From contig NW_026857358.1 of the NCBI RefSeq assembly GCF_026571515.1, positions 186,001 to 250,000 of the forward strand: DNA of 64,000 nucleotides, read 5' to 3'. The notes under the pieces are model-generated. The model was not told the origin of the DNA and ran no database searches. It was given only the letters and a program-made list of their open reading frames with translations. Positions 37,762-59,625 of the stretch are shown here, piece after piece (positions within the stretch are counted from its first letter, which is position 1; every line of letters begins with the position of its first letter). Both the position numbers and the translations under genes were made by a program. Origin of the DNA: Ruditapes philippinarum (Eukaryota).

Positions 37762-40700
37762 AAAAGCATTGATCACAGTGACTTACATTATCGAGCGACT
37801 AATGATTTGGATGATTTATGGACTTGAGAATAAAATTAATGCATTATATTAGTTTGTTTTCGACGTTGAACCAAAAAAACTTTAGTAAATGATTCAGATA
37901 TCTTCAATGTTTTAACTGGGATTTGAATTAATTTTTTTATAGGAATTTAAGTCTCAGAATGGAGAATGGCGGGAGATCTTGTTAAAGACTTGCTATCACG
38001 CTGAAAGTGACTCAGGAAGTTAAGCTTCAAGCTACCGTTAGAAACAAAGCAACATGGTTGATATAAGCTGAAATTTATATGAATCTCTTGCTGTAAAAGA
38101 TAATCAAATTGTAGATATAAAATTCGTATTTACGCAATAAAAGCATAAATAAATTATGTCTACTATCAAACTTTGGTAAGCAGATAAGGCGTTGTCACAC
38201 GGCGTTGGATATAAATTGCATCAGATAAATGAAGCAAACAGATTGCATACCAGATAGTGGCATGCATACTGGGCGTCATTGTCTTGCGAAATATCAATCT
38301 TTAGTACATTAATATTTGTCTTGTTAGATTGTTATCAGAACCCTCATAGCTTATTGTGTCGTGGGTTCACTGTAAATCCATTATTGGGCTCGAGTGTGCC
38401 AATATGGATTACCGTCTGCAACAGTTTCTCGGTTCGGCAGACGACACGGAGGGAAAACAGGCGTGAACATCACAGGTCTTCCATTATCCTTCGATATATG
38501 TAATACTACAATCAAACGTTTTTACACTGTTCTAAACCCATTTGATAAAACTTGCAGCCTAAGGATTTAAATAAAACCGCTTTAGTGATTTGGTCTTTAG
38601 GAGCAGACGACACAATTTCAAAGTCATTAGACAAGAAGAGAGATTGGAAATAAAGGTTTCGGAAACATCAGAGACTAGTGGTGTAATTAAGTATGATAGA
38701 TACGTAGAATATCAGATATTTCACAAATACACGTCCCGTACCAGACGACATCTAGACCTTGTGCTATCACTAGTTACACAGTGTTTCCATAGCTAATTGG
38801 CGGATCTGTATACCTTATTATGCATCAAAGGGTTTTCTTATTACAATTCGAAGTAGACGGGCGACTCTTGAGAAAAGAGTATTTTCAAGTGTATAACATT
38901 AAGGTTTTATTTGTAAATGGGTAATAAACAGGTTGTTTGTAAGTACTTTCGAATAACTTGCATAAAAATAAAAACACTTCATAAGTATGAAGCAATGATT
39001 AAACACCTTTGTGTTAAAATTGGCGGGAAAAAAGAAATGCAGAAAATATATGGCGCTAATTATTACCAGGAATTAAATCACTTGAAAACGTCTACAAGTT
39101 TTGTAAGTGCCAAGAGTCTTTTAAAATGTAATTCTAAAAGAATCCATTCATGTTCTCTTGAAATTATTACAAATTAGCCGAATAAACAACCGAACAAATG
39201 ACTTTGAAATTGCCGTGACTTGCTGAGATATGAAGAAATGTTATATTTTAAAATGTTTGAAATACTAAGATGTGGTGGGGTAATTATGTAAGACCAGTCT
39301 TTATTTTTCCCCTATTTTGCATATTTAATGATCTCACAACTTCATTATTTTATATGACAGGAACGAAGCGGACGGCAAACAAATAGAAATCGTACTGCTA
39401 AGGTACCAAGTTATGCACTATAGTTGTTTTAAAATTCAAACCAAGCAGCTATGGACCTTGAAACGAATCATTTAACAAATCATTGTCATTCTTCTGCCCC
39501 TTTTAGTTTACCTTTGTTTTTGTGTAATAGATGGTAGCAGACGATAGAAGATGTTACAACTTTTATGTTGGTATACTGCTCACATCGCTGAAAATACTTG
39601 TCAAAAAAGTGGCGTGTTTCTTTTTTTTTTTCTCTCTTTTTTTTTTTTTTTTTTTTTTTGAGAGCAGACTTGCGAAGTTGTAGAAAGTAAGTGATTTTGA
39701 CAGCAGACATGGCGTCCTGTGGTCAAACATGGAGCTTTCAACACACCCCTCTCAAAAAGTTGTAACTTTAGCAGTTAAATGTATAGAAAAATTAGCCAGT
39801 TATTCCAGCAGTTATAAACCTGTCCTGTTGAATATATGCCAGATTCATCATTTCAAAACGCAGAGAAAAATGATAAACATACTTAGACGCTTACAAATTG
39901 GAAAAAACGAGCTTTGATTCAGCAGTGATATTGTCGGAAATTATTGATTTAGTTATATTATATCATAATTAACATGAATCATATTTGTTATTATCTGTCT
40001 GTTAGTAATGGTATTTTACAGACAAATTTAATACTTTTTTACGTTATTTTCAAAAATGATATAAGTTTAATATAGACATACAGCAGCATGGTCCATAAGT
40101 CATTTAAAATGTTAGAATGAACATATAAAACTATATTCTACTATTACACAAGATAACATAGACACATGATTGAGTTTTCCAGTATGCCCACTATAGAAGA
40201 GTTACAAATCAGGATTTGTGAAGGTGTATAGATTAGCCCAATGATATTCTCTGATAACACACAGATAAAATATTTGAGATAATTCAGGCAAACATGGATA
40301 AAAGACAATCTCAAAGTTTCATTCATGGCTTGAAATATTTTCAGTAACGTTTCAGCGTTCCTGGATTAGTGCACGATGAACGCTAATCCCTCGAGTCAGT
40401 TATAAACTACAATTTAACAGAATTCGACAATCGCTATGAAAACATTGGTTTATGCTATATGATAGATCGGGATTAAGGCTAAAATTGACCGTGACAGTTT
40501 TGAAATTAATAATATCAGAATTTGTTATCGCGAGCTCCTTGTCCACACCACAGTTTCCGGTCAGTTTTGACACTCATGTTGAAGTGGCCACTATGCTAAC
40601 CTGCCCTATGTGTCTGTTTGCTTCATATAGATTTACATTAATTTTGCAATTACTTCAAAATAAACCTATACACAATTCAAAAACATGCTTAAAAATGTCT

Positions 40701-41496
40701 TTTATTAAGTTTTTATATAGATAATTTATGTAATGTCCAATAATAACAACATTCTTTGATTCTTGTAGTTGTTGTTTTTGTATTGGATATATTTTCTTGA
40801 TGTATGCCTGTATTATTTTTGATTGGTAACAAATACAAAAATACAGTAGCGTAGCTTTCCTCTAGAAATGTTTCCCATATTGTAATAATTAGAAAATAAA
40901 TGTAAAACTTCATTGAAAACACAAGTTAAGCCATCAAACAATTAGAGTTTAATGATTAAATGCAGCAGAAAATAATAAACAATTCATTTAAGCATATATC
41001 TTTATTTTATGATGATTAATAATGCGGAAAATACGGATATTTGAATCTTGCAAAGTTAAAAATCTAGACTGCCGGAGGCCCTCTGAAATTGCCTAAGGCT
41101 ACAGCACAATGGCATTTCACAGCAATATTCTTTTTCCCACGCCGATTAAAAAAAAAAACGTTAAAAACTCATCTTCTTTATTTGTGATTTAACCCCCAGA
41201 AAAAAAAAAAAAAGTATTTTATAATTATAAGTCAATCATGGGTAAAGTCATATCATAAAACGATACTTTGTGGAGTTTTTTTTTAGGTTTTTTTTATTTA
41301 CAGAAAAGAATAGCAATGAATGTTTTTTAAACTATGTCTAATTAAACATTTAAGATTAGCTAAGACTGTTTTAAGAAAAAATAATGTTGATGGCGGGCAG
41401 GGCAATTTTTCTTCTGATCAGATTAGATGATGAAATTTAATGATACCTATAACTTTCTTTTTTACATTGTGACAATATATACTTAATTGTTTCTTT

Positions 41497-41530
<34 letters not shown>

Positions 41531-43875
41531 ATGAACTCATTTTTAGTTTACTTAGTAGTAGCAATTGTTTTTTGTTCTTAAAAAAATCAAAAGTTTCATG
41601 TGAATATTTACCACACATGTCTTACCAATTTTAATAAAAAAGTAATCCAGTTTTATGATACCAAAATGTGCTTTAATTTTATATGATTTCTATGATTTCA
41701 TTTACATATTTGTTATATTATATCGTGCAAGGCACAGACAAGACATTCAAGATATTACAAAATAAAGTTCGAAACTAGAATCGAATTCCTTCATCAGAAA
41801 TGTTTATCTTTTACCGAACATAACCGCTGTAAAATTCAATCTTGAGTTGATTGTATGTAACAACATATGATGCAGGAATAGTGTTGAAGTTTCTGTCGTC
41901 GTCCTGGGAAACCCCGCATGTACTTACCGGCCTTGTAAGAAAACTCTCCCGTGAACCTCGATTGTACCGCAAGGTTGTTATAATACGAATTCTTATGTTT
42001 AACATTTAATTAAAACATTAGCGTGGAAATGTAGTTCGCGCATATTGTGTAACATAGCAGACTTGTGATTAGTGTTGTATTTCTCAATGTTTATTGTGGT
42101 AGCCTACCGAATTCGTATTGCTTACAAAACAAGGATATTACGTTGCACCGTTTTGTTTATTTTTCAACATAGAGAGTACTGCTGTAACAACAATTCCTCG
42201 TTATTTTATTTTTAGTTTATTGAGAACACTATGTACATATTCAAGTTTCATTTTTTTTATCTGTGAATATAGGTCATGCCGCCCTTCGCCTGATATTAAA
42301 GTAACTTTTATGGTTATGAATTTCATATGTTTGACGTGCTATTAGTGGTATGTAATTGTTAATGTATGTACATGTCAGTTTTTATATCAACACTGCACTT
42401 CTGGCTTAAAAAATGAATTTGATTTTATCAGCTATCCGATAATGAGCTCAATAGTGTTATAGATTTTAAGCTGGATACATATAGCTATTTAAGAATGATA
42501 TTTCTATTCTTATTCGGTTCCATCTCAAAGAAATGACCTGCCTTAATTCGCATTAAAGATATGTTAATGCTATACTAAACTCTCAGAAAAAATGGACATT
42601 TTTTGTTAATTTTGTAGAATAAATAAAACAACATTATCACAATAAACAATAAAATGAAGTAATCAAGACTATTGATTAATCTTGATAAACATATGATCAA
42701 CAAAGCTTGGTATCTGCTGACAAGAAGATGGTAAGTTTAATTATAGTAACGTCCACATTTTATTGTTAATTGCCAAAGGCAAGAATATTGGCGACATGCT
42801 GAACTAAACTTGTATTGTTGGTATCAATAAAACAGACACTATCAAGACAGAACTGTATGCCAAAATTCTTTATTTATTAATCGTTATTGTATTCCTCAAT
42901 GTGATATTAAGTAGATTAATTGTGTGTTGTTCTTAAGCAAATTTTCTACGACATACTTTAATTACCATATGCATATGAACTGTATGTTGGAACGATTCTC
43001 ATAAAATGTTCTTGTAAGCCAAATTTCATTTGTTGCATACTTGAATTAATTACAAACTTAACCTGTATTAAAAAAAATATTCAGGTTTGTAATTGCCGTT
43101 GTGTAATGCCGGGATTTTAGCCACGTCACGAAGAAATAGACTAAAACTATTTCATTGCACATTGCATTGAAACCAACAGCTGGTATTTTTTCAAAGACTT
43201 AAACACTTTCGGCATCATAAAAAGCTATTTAACAGGTTTTAAAGGCACTTTCAGCACTTAATGTATAAGTAAAGCTGGGAAGATTCTGAGGAGAAACTTG
43301 TTTAGTGTAATGTACATGCTAAATTATCACATTTAGAGAGTAAATAAATACGGTAAGTATTATGGATTTTTGGCTATGACCTGGAGTGTTAATACACTTA
43401 ATATGATGGATCTAGATTAGTATAATCTATGTAGAAATCCATTGGCACTGTGGTAGTCCACAGTGAGTTACACTTGTGTCAGTAATGGCAATATATTTGC
43501 CATTCTCTTCATGAACATGTCATTGGAAATTATCAGGTAATTCCTCCATGTCAGACATATTCCATCAGTGGTCAGACATATAAATGAATTTTGGATAAGA
43601 CAAGGGGGTGAAAAGGTTGCATTTAATTAATATACATTTATACTAATTTCAAGATCAAAAGAAAATACAATTTTTGATACAAAGTGTCTTGAAAAGTACT
43701 TTCTTACCTACTGAGGTGGATTTTTGAAACAATAAATAGAAACATCAGGATTCGTGGTTATGATGAAAACATTTTTAAAGAAATAATACAGAAAAAATCT
43801 TGGTTCGTTTTGCTCTTGATTTTGTTATTGAAATTTACCACAAAATAACAAATAAAAATACGTCAATAGATCAAA

Positions 43876-45842
43876 ACATAATTCACGTTCTCTACGACAT
43901 GATTCACGTTCATTACGACATGATTCACGTTCTCTATAGATCATGGCATGATTCACGTTCTCTAAGACATAATACACGTTATCTACGACATGATTCACGT
44001 TCTCTTCGACATGATTCACGTTCTCTACGACATGATTCAGGTTTTCTATAGATCATGACATGATTCAGGTTATCTACGACATGATTCAGGTTCTCTATAG
44101 ATCATGACATGATGTACGTTCTCTACGACATGATTCACGTTCTTTACGACATGATTCAAGTTCACTACAATATGATTCAGGTTCTCTAAAGTTCATGACT
44201 TGATTCACGTTCTCTACGACATGATTCACGTTCTCTGCGACATGGTTTACATTCTCTACGACATAATTCACGTTCTCTACGACATGATTCACGTTCTCTA
44301 CGACATGATTCATGTTCTCTACGACATGATTTACATTCTCTACGACATGATTCACGTTGTCTACGACATGATTCAGATTCTCTACGACATGATTTACGTT
44401 TTCTTCGACATGATTCACGTTCTCTACGAAATGATTCACGTTCTCTACGACATGATTCAAGTTCTCTACGACATGATTCAAGTTCTCTACGACATGATTC
44501 ACGTTCTCTACGACATGATTCACGTTTTCTATAGATCATGACATGATTCACGTTCTCTAAGACATGATTCACGTTATCTACGACATGATTCACGTTCTCT
44601 ACGTCATGATTCACGTTCTCTACGACATGATTCAGGTTTTCTATAGATCATGACATGATTCAGGTTCTCTACGACATGATTCAGGTTCTCTACGACATGA
44701 TTCAGGTTCTCTATAAATCATAACATGATTCACGTTCACTACGACATGATTCAGGTTCTCTATAGATCATGACATGATGTACGTTCTCTACGACATGATT
44801 CACGTTCTTTACGACATGATTCAAGTTCACTACAATATGATTCAGGTTCTCTATAGTTCATGACATGATTCACGTTCTGTACGACATGATTCGCGTTCTC
44901 TAAGACATGGTTTACATTCTGTACGACATGATTCACGTTCTCTACGAATTGATTCAGGTTCTCTACGACATGATTCAGGTTCTCTACGATATGATTCACG
45001 TTTTCTACGATATGATTCACGTGTTCTACGACATGGTTCACGTTCTCTACGACATGATTCAGGTCCTCTACGACATGATTCACGTTCTCTATGACGTGAT
45101 TTATGTTTTCTATAGATCATGGCATGATTATTCACGTTCTCTACGAATTGATTCAGGTTCTCTACGACATGATTCACGTTCTCTACGAAATGATTCACGT
45201 TCTCTACGTCATGATTTACGTTCTCTACGACATGATTCACGTTCTCTACGACATACATATGTTTTCTACGACATGATTCACGTTCTCTACGACATGATTC
45301 AGGTTCTCTCTAGATCATGACATGATTCAGGTTCTCTACGACATGATTCACGTTCTCTACGACATGATTCACGTTCTCTACGACATGATTCACGTTCTCT
45401 ACGACATGATTCACGTTCTCTACGACATGATTCACGTTCTCTACGACATGATTCAGGTTCTCTACGACATGATTCACGTTCTCTACGACATGATTCACGT
45501 TCTCTACGACATGATTCACGTTCTCTACGACATGATTCAGGTTCCCTACGACATGATTCAGGTTCTCTACGACATGATTCAGGTTCTCTATGACATGATT
45601 CAGGTTCCCTACGACATGATTCAGTTTCTCTACGACATGATTAAGGTTCCCTACGACATGATTCACGTTCTCTATTACATGATTCAGATTCTCTACGACA
45701 TGATTCAGTTTCTCTACGACATGATTCAGTTTCTCTACGACATGATTCAGTTTCTCTACGACATGATTCAGTTTCTCTACGACATGATTCACGTTCTCTA
45801 CGACATGATTCAGGTCTTACGACATGATTTACGTTCTCTACT
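43876..45842. repeat. 21-bp minisatellite (~85-90 copies) with periodic 10-bp insert
   Basis: CTACGACATGATTCACGTTCT; insert TAGATCATGA; source of the MIHVLYD / NHVVENV / RESCRRE ORFs. Confidence 0.96.
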
Positions 45843-46419
45843 ATTTTTTTTTGTATTAAGAACATATCGTTCTGTCTAAGAAAACAATTTAGAAAATATA
45901 TAAGCCAAGAAAATAGACCATTACTTTTGAAAGGTATACTCTTAATTTGCTCGTTTACTAATACATGTATTTACATGGAAACATAATTTTCTAGTTTACT
46001 AATACATGTATTTACATAGAAACATAATTTTCTGTGTGTGTCTATTTACATTAATTGCAATTTAAAATGATGATTTGAAATCATAATTTTTTTATCGTCC
46101 AATCAAAAGCACATTATGTTCAAACGAAAATTTCCTTCTTGGATGTAACAGTATGTAGTATTGACTCATATAAAAACTAATCCTATGAGTTGTACATTTG
46201 CAATAAAACATAGACGAAAGCAAGGATGGTCCAGGTATAATTGGCCAATGAGCAACTTCTTGGAAACTATAACGGGACATACACAATAATAAAACGCTTT
46301 TGAGAAAGGAAAGCATTTCTGGGAAATAATGGGCCTTTAAAAAGTATACATTGTATGTTGTTCTATATCTAAATTGGGTTTTACGCTAAACCTATTAAAT
46401 TTCTTATATGTGCTTCCAT

Positions 46420-46552
46420 TTCCGGAGCTGTCCAGTATTAATTTTTGAATATCAAGATGAAACTATGAAGTTAGTCAGCCACGGATGTGCAGGCTGGACT
46501 GGCTCTATACTGGTAGCAGAAGCTAATCCGTTCCATCAGGTAAAGAGTTCAA
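46420..46552. mobile_element. Short dispersed MITE-like repeat, copy B
   Basis: CACGGATGTGCAGGCTGGACTGGCTCTATACTGG core shared with the 8290 region. Confidence 0.45.
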
Positions 46553-47140
46553 ATATATTGAGTAGATTGTCACCAATTATAGTGCACATTGTATATACTT
46601 TGTGTAATGGATTTGTTTCATGATTTTTATTATAAATTAAGTATGCACTAAACAGAAAGTTATGTGATCGTGTAGAGAAACATGTGATTATTTATGACTC
46701 TAGAAGCTGATATCAACTAAACGTGTTGTATATTTATGTTACAATTTGTAGTACTATACTATATATTCTAAAGTGTATAAAGCTATATATCTGCGACAAA
46801 AAATATTATTTGAATTTTGAAAACTTATGCTTGTATGAAAGAAATATGGAAGTATGTTGCCTTAACAACGAATGGCGTATGCATGAAATCATTAATAATT
46901 GGTTAAAATCCTACTTTAAAATAGCAGCATTATATTTTGTTCCGGATCGTTGAAGTCTGTTCACGCATAATATTCATGTGTGTAAAATGTGAGAGATTAT
47001 TGAAACAATAAAATTCTACTTATGATAAATTATATGAAAAGTTTTCATACCCTTTAACCATGATTCTAGAAAATATTTTACATAGTAATGATAACAATAC
47101 GTCAGCTTTGTTTTGAAATTTAAACTAGACTAAAGCCTCA

Positions 47141-47181
<41 letters not shown>

Positions 47182-47230
47182 TGTAACTGGAAAATGATTG
47201 GAAAATGATTGGAAAATGATTGGAAAATGA
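47141..47230. repeat. (GTT)n microsatellite followed by (GGAAAATGATT)x~4
   Basis: Direct reading. Confidence 0.9.
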
Positions 47231-47275
47231 GTATGTAGCAATATTATTTTACAGATTTATCATAATGAAAATAAA

Positions 47276-47414
47276 NNNNNNNNNNNNNNNNNNNNNNNNN
47301 NNNNNNNNNNNNNNNNNNNNNNNNNNNNNNNNNNNNNNNNNNNNNNNNNNNNNNNNNNNNNNNNNNNNNNNNNNNNNNNNNNNNNNNNNNNNNNNNNNNN
47401 NNNNNNNNNNNNNN
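47276..47414. other. Assembly gap (N-run)
   Basis: N bases. Confidence 0.99.
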
Positions 47415-48152
47415 GGAAATTGCTGTGGTGATTTTTTTTCAAATTTGAATCTGTATTCAAATTGTCCAATATGATTTTTTGCTTCAGCAAAATAAATGAC
47501 AATTTAAAAAGTTTTTGTTTCAAGTGATGACAATATACTATTAAAATAGATATTCATTATGAATCGATAACAGTTTCTTTTACAAATAAAATAAATATAT
47601 TGAAATTGTTTTTTGTACGTTTCTATTTTTTCTTGTTGAATCTATCCCTTCTAGAATGAATACAACTGTTCAATACATTATCGATTACAGTATACATGTT
47701 GTACAGTTAGTTGCGTTGCTTTCATCATTTTAAGCGTGTTTTAATGTACATGTATTTCAATAAAATTTTCAGAAAGACTAGCAGAACCATCTTTTACCGT
47801 CTATAAATACATATTAATTACAGCGAAATTATTGATATAAAAAGAGCATTTACTCATAGTGAACTAAGATTTCCTAAATTAACTTACTAAAATAAATGTT
47901 TCCCATTGATAAGAGACAAAAAATACAGTGCTTTTTTCTACTGGCTCAGATTTATTGAAAAATCGACTTGCCCGCCGGCATAAAGACCCAAGTCGGACAA
48001 GTCGGGCAACGGGTTTCCGCACCCCTGATAATTTAATACCTGTAAGGGAGAACATGTGAACATTTGTGTCGGACAAATGGACCATATTTTTCATGATTAT
48101 ACTTCAGAGAGGGCGGTTACTAAAAACTAAAATATCATTGTTCTAAAAAAAA

Positions 48153-49147
48153 TTTATTCACAGTCGCAGTCGTATCTATACAAAAAACAAATAAATATCA
48201 TGTTTAAAAGCACTAATACAAATAATTTTACATTATTATTATTTATATTTTTTGCCATGCATTACATAAAATTTGTATAAGTGCTTTATTCTTTCGTTAA
48301 ACTCTAATAATATATATGTAAACGTTTACCTTGACAGATAGTGCTGTTTGAATAATATCTACACATCTTAAATGATTTTAAATCAAACTTTGTACAGTAA
48401 TACACTTATTTATAAAAAAAAAAGACTTTTACAGCAAAAGCTATATAGAATGATATTTACGTATGGGTTGCTTAGCTATCTTTCAAATATTTCAGATTAA
48501 AGTAAGCAATTTTTTGTATTCGTATATACATCTCTGGAAAAAAGAATTTATAAAGTTTAGAAGCCTTTCTAATTATATCTGCACAGTTAATTGGCAAATA
48601 ATATGGTTGTGCAACTATAACAGAAACACCGTTCAATCAATTCTTTCTGTCTTTAAATGCATAACAAAGTTTCTTCTTAAAAGCACATTTAATAACATCT
48701 ATAAATCAATGTACGATAACAAGAATATACAAATAGTCTACCTTACGGTATGTTATGGAAACCCAGGTTTGATACAGTCGTCACTCTAGCAGTGGAAGAC
48801 GCACCAATAATCTAAATTAAATCGTCATACAAATTTCCACATTGCACGCGTACACATACACTGTTCTATCTTACCCCTCATCACTGAAAATATTTCTATT
48901 TCAGTTAAACTTTATATTTATCATACAATGTTTAGCATGTGATTCACGTGTCACTGTTTTATTCAGTTCGCATTCAAAACATAGTATAAATAAATCTTCC
49001 TCATTTATAGAAATGTTAGTAAACGTAGAAGATTAGAATCCAATCAGATCTCTTTTCATACAGTTCAGATCTTTTGCACCTTCGAGCAATTTGATTAGGT
49101 GTATGTATATATATATATATATATTACACATTTCGACATGATCATCA
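48153..49147 (-). other. Probable Pitx 3' UTR with polyadenylation signals
   Basis: Minus-strand AATAAA at 48153-48158 (U-rich sequence downstream) and 48285-48290; end not demonstrated. Confidence 0.45.
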
Positions 49148-56826
<7,679 letters not shown>

Positions 56827-57089
56827 TTACTACACGAAGCCAGTTAAGGGGTTCGATCCTTTAGCAACGTGTTGATATAATCCGCTCAAGTGTTCCTGCA
56901 TGTGAATTTTCTCGTTAACAACTTGTGAGAAAATAATATCTATCCACACTATGTATTCATGAGTCTCTCTAGTTTTAAGTAGGTAGTTCTCAGCTTTAAT
57001 TGTTAATTGCCCCTTGAAATTTCACTTTTCCCTAAAGAGCGCTTGATTCCAAGTAATAAAAAGAATTGCCACAGACAAAAACACTTTCC

Positions 57090-57350
57090 TGTATAAGTAT
57101 ATAAAACTGACGACGACTCGAACTTGTGAAATATGTTTACAGAAGCTTAAAATGCGATCAGCCGCGGATAAATCAGCACTTTATCGAAACGTTACAAATT
57201 TCAACCATTATCATTCACGAGGATTTGTGACGTCACGCGCTCAGATTTGAAGAGCGTATATATCGGACAGCCCACTGCGGCGGTTAAGCCAATAACAGTT
57301 CACTGCGTCTTTATCTGCGGAGCTATCTAAATAAAAATTTGCATAATTCA
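57090..57350 (-). promoter_or_regulatory. Candidate Pitx proximal promoter region
   Basis: Locally CpG-richer segment 260-520 bp upstream of the ATG with perfect CRE TGACGTCA (57228-57235), TATATA (57257-57262), CCAAT (57289-57293) and octamer ATTTGCAT (57337-57344); TSS unknown. Confidence 0.5.
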
Positions 57351-57850
57351 GAGTGTCCTAGCGCATCTAAGGTCTTAGAAGAGAATCTTTTTATCCTAAA
57401 GTTGTAATATCACGATACCGATAATTACTTGGAATAATACAAAGAATATTTTGTAGTAGGCCATGTTAAAGCCCTAAGCGTTGAAATTATTTAGTAATAA
57501 GACTGTTTCAATGCCACCGCTTAAGAAGCTATTTCATATTAACACTCCAACAAATTAAATAGGTTTATACGGTTTATGTAACGTTTGTTATTTCATGTAA
57601 TTCAAAAATGTCTACAAAATTACAAAGGCATTTTTTTCTGTAATTTTGACAATCTAGTTAATCGTGTAGACAAAAAGTGCAACATCATAATACAAATATT
57701 TTTTAATTAACATTACGGTTTTTTTAAATTGTATGACGTACAACGTCAAAATATATTAAAAAGATAAAAACATATTTTATTGTGATATCCATAATTTACG
57801 GATGCTCGGGATAAAACAAAAATAAAATAAAAACAATAATGTCATTGTAC

Positions 57851-57895
<45 letters not shown>

Positions 57896-57911
57896 TGCGT
57901 GTGCGTGCGTG
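57851..57911. repeat. Compound (GT)n(GTGC)n microsatellite ~1 kb upstream of the Pitx ATG
   Basis: Direct reading; alternating purine-pyrimidine tract. Confidence 0.92.
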
Positions 57912-59540
57912 AATTGCACTTCTTTAGATATATACAGGGTAAAATAGATACGTCAGTGCTTTATCGTAGTAAAACTAATAGTTTTCTCGTTTTTCCGGTC
58001 CATCTTTTGTATAACTTAATATGTTTATACAAACTATTACATGTGACTGTATCTGGAGTAATATACACGGAATATATATTCGGAAGCCACAAACACATTG
58101 CATCAAAATAGGTGTCGATTACATTATTCACGTGTAAAATGGCACGGTTAAGGTGACGTGAGAATAGCTTTTAAAAAAACTAGAGGATAAACGTATTTCC
58201 ACTGCGGATTACGATAATTCAATCAGAAAATGCGTTTGACCTGACCGCGGTACTTTTTAACTGAGCGCAAAGACATTTAAAGTAAATTGCCCGAGGTGTT
58301 TACACTGGCGGATTAATCTGGGCAATTGGACTGTCTGATTGCAATTAGGGACCTCATCACCCAGGTACGAAACGGTAGTTCTCCATGTTGACAAATTTTA
58401 CCCGAGGATAACATCCAGCACCACACACTTGTGCATTATCTTTGTTGAGATCACGTAATTATCTTTAGTGAGATTATATCTAAACACGCGTACAATGTTA
58501 CTGGGTCTTATAGTAAGTTTTGCCGCACAATTCTTTTGGCAGAAAATATAAACTTGTCATAATTTATGACAAAAGTTCCAAATTCAGATTAATCATTTTC
58601 ATTTTAATATCTTTATCAGGGTAACAAAAAGTTCTTGTGTATTGTCCTAGTTACACAAAATTGATTGCTAAAAGGCCGTGTGGATATTAACCATATTGTG
58701 AGCATTATTAAATCAATTATCGACAATGTTTGCACGGGGATTTTGACATTATTTATATATTTTGACATTGGTCATGCCCTCGTAATATATTGGTTTTCGT
58801 AAATTTATAAAAATCGATTTAGAGTAACCAGGGATTTATTTTTACACATTAGGGTTTATAGTAATGATAAGATAGCGTGAACTGATTATCAATATTGATA
58901 TTTGACAAGAACCAATGTAGTAAAGCATGAAAGAAACATAATAGAAATTAAGCGCATATTTAAAGAGTTTTAGATGTCAACAACATTTTATGACCATACT
59001 TAAAAAAAGATAAGACCCACTTTTTAATTTCATATTTTTACTTTTTTTCTACATTTTCGTTAAATTTGATTTTTTTTTGAGAAAAAAATACAGAATGCAG
59101 ATTATTTAAAAAATGTTATTCAACTTTTAACAACAATAATATCTAATTCTTATTTGAAAATATATGTAAGAAGAACAAGTTGTTGTTAAAGAAAGTACAC
59201 ACCCAAGTGACAGGAATTTCCGGTAATCAAAAACAATTTATTATAACAGTGAAAATATCTTGATATAATATTGGTTTTATCTGATCCATCGATATATTTT
59301 TTTACTTTTTTATGTTGACATGTATGTCATCAAGATAATACAAAAGTAGAAAAGTGTTACTGCAAGTTTTCGGCGGTCCGTCCATTTAATATCACATATA
59401 TCACACAAATAAATTGCAACCAGTAAATAAAATATATATAAACAAATAATTATGATTTGAAAAATATACTAGTTTTTGGAAAATATCAAACCGAAACAGA
59501 GAGTAAATAAAAAATTGAAAGGGAAAATGTTAAACGAAAC

Positions 59541-59556
59541 GAGAAAGAAAGAATGA

Positions 59557-59596
<40 letters not shown>

Positions 59597-59625
59597 AAAA
59601 AGAAAAAAAGAAAGAAACAAAGAAA
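59541..59625. repeat. (GAAA)n microsatellite
   Basis: Direct reading. Confidence 0.92.

Noticed and set aside
43800-45879. Heptad-repeat coiled-coil-like proteins
   Set aside because: Open in several frames on both strands because the unit is 21 bp; interrupted by 10-bp inserts; no unique domain or splice support.
48356-48530. Pumilio-type UGUANAUA elements in the Pitx 3' UTR
   Set aside because: Two matches in very AT-rich sequence are expected by chance; needs conservation data.
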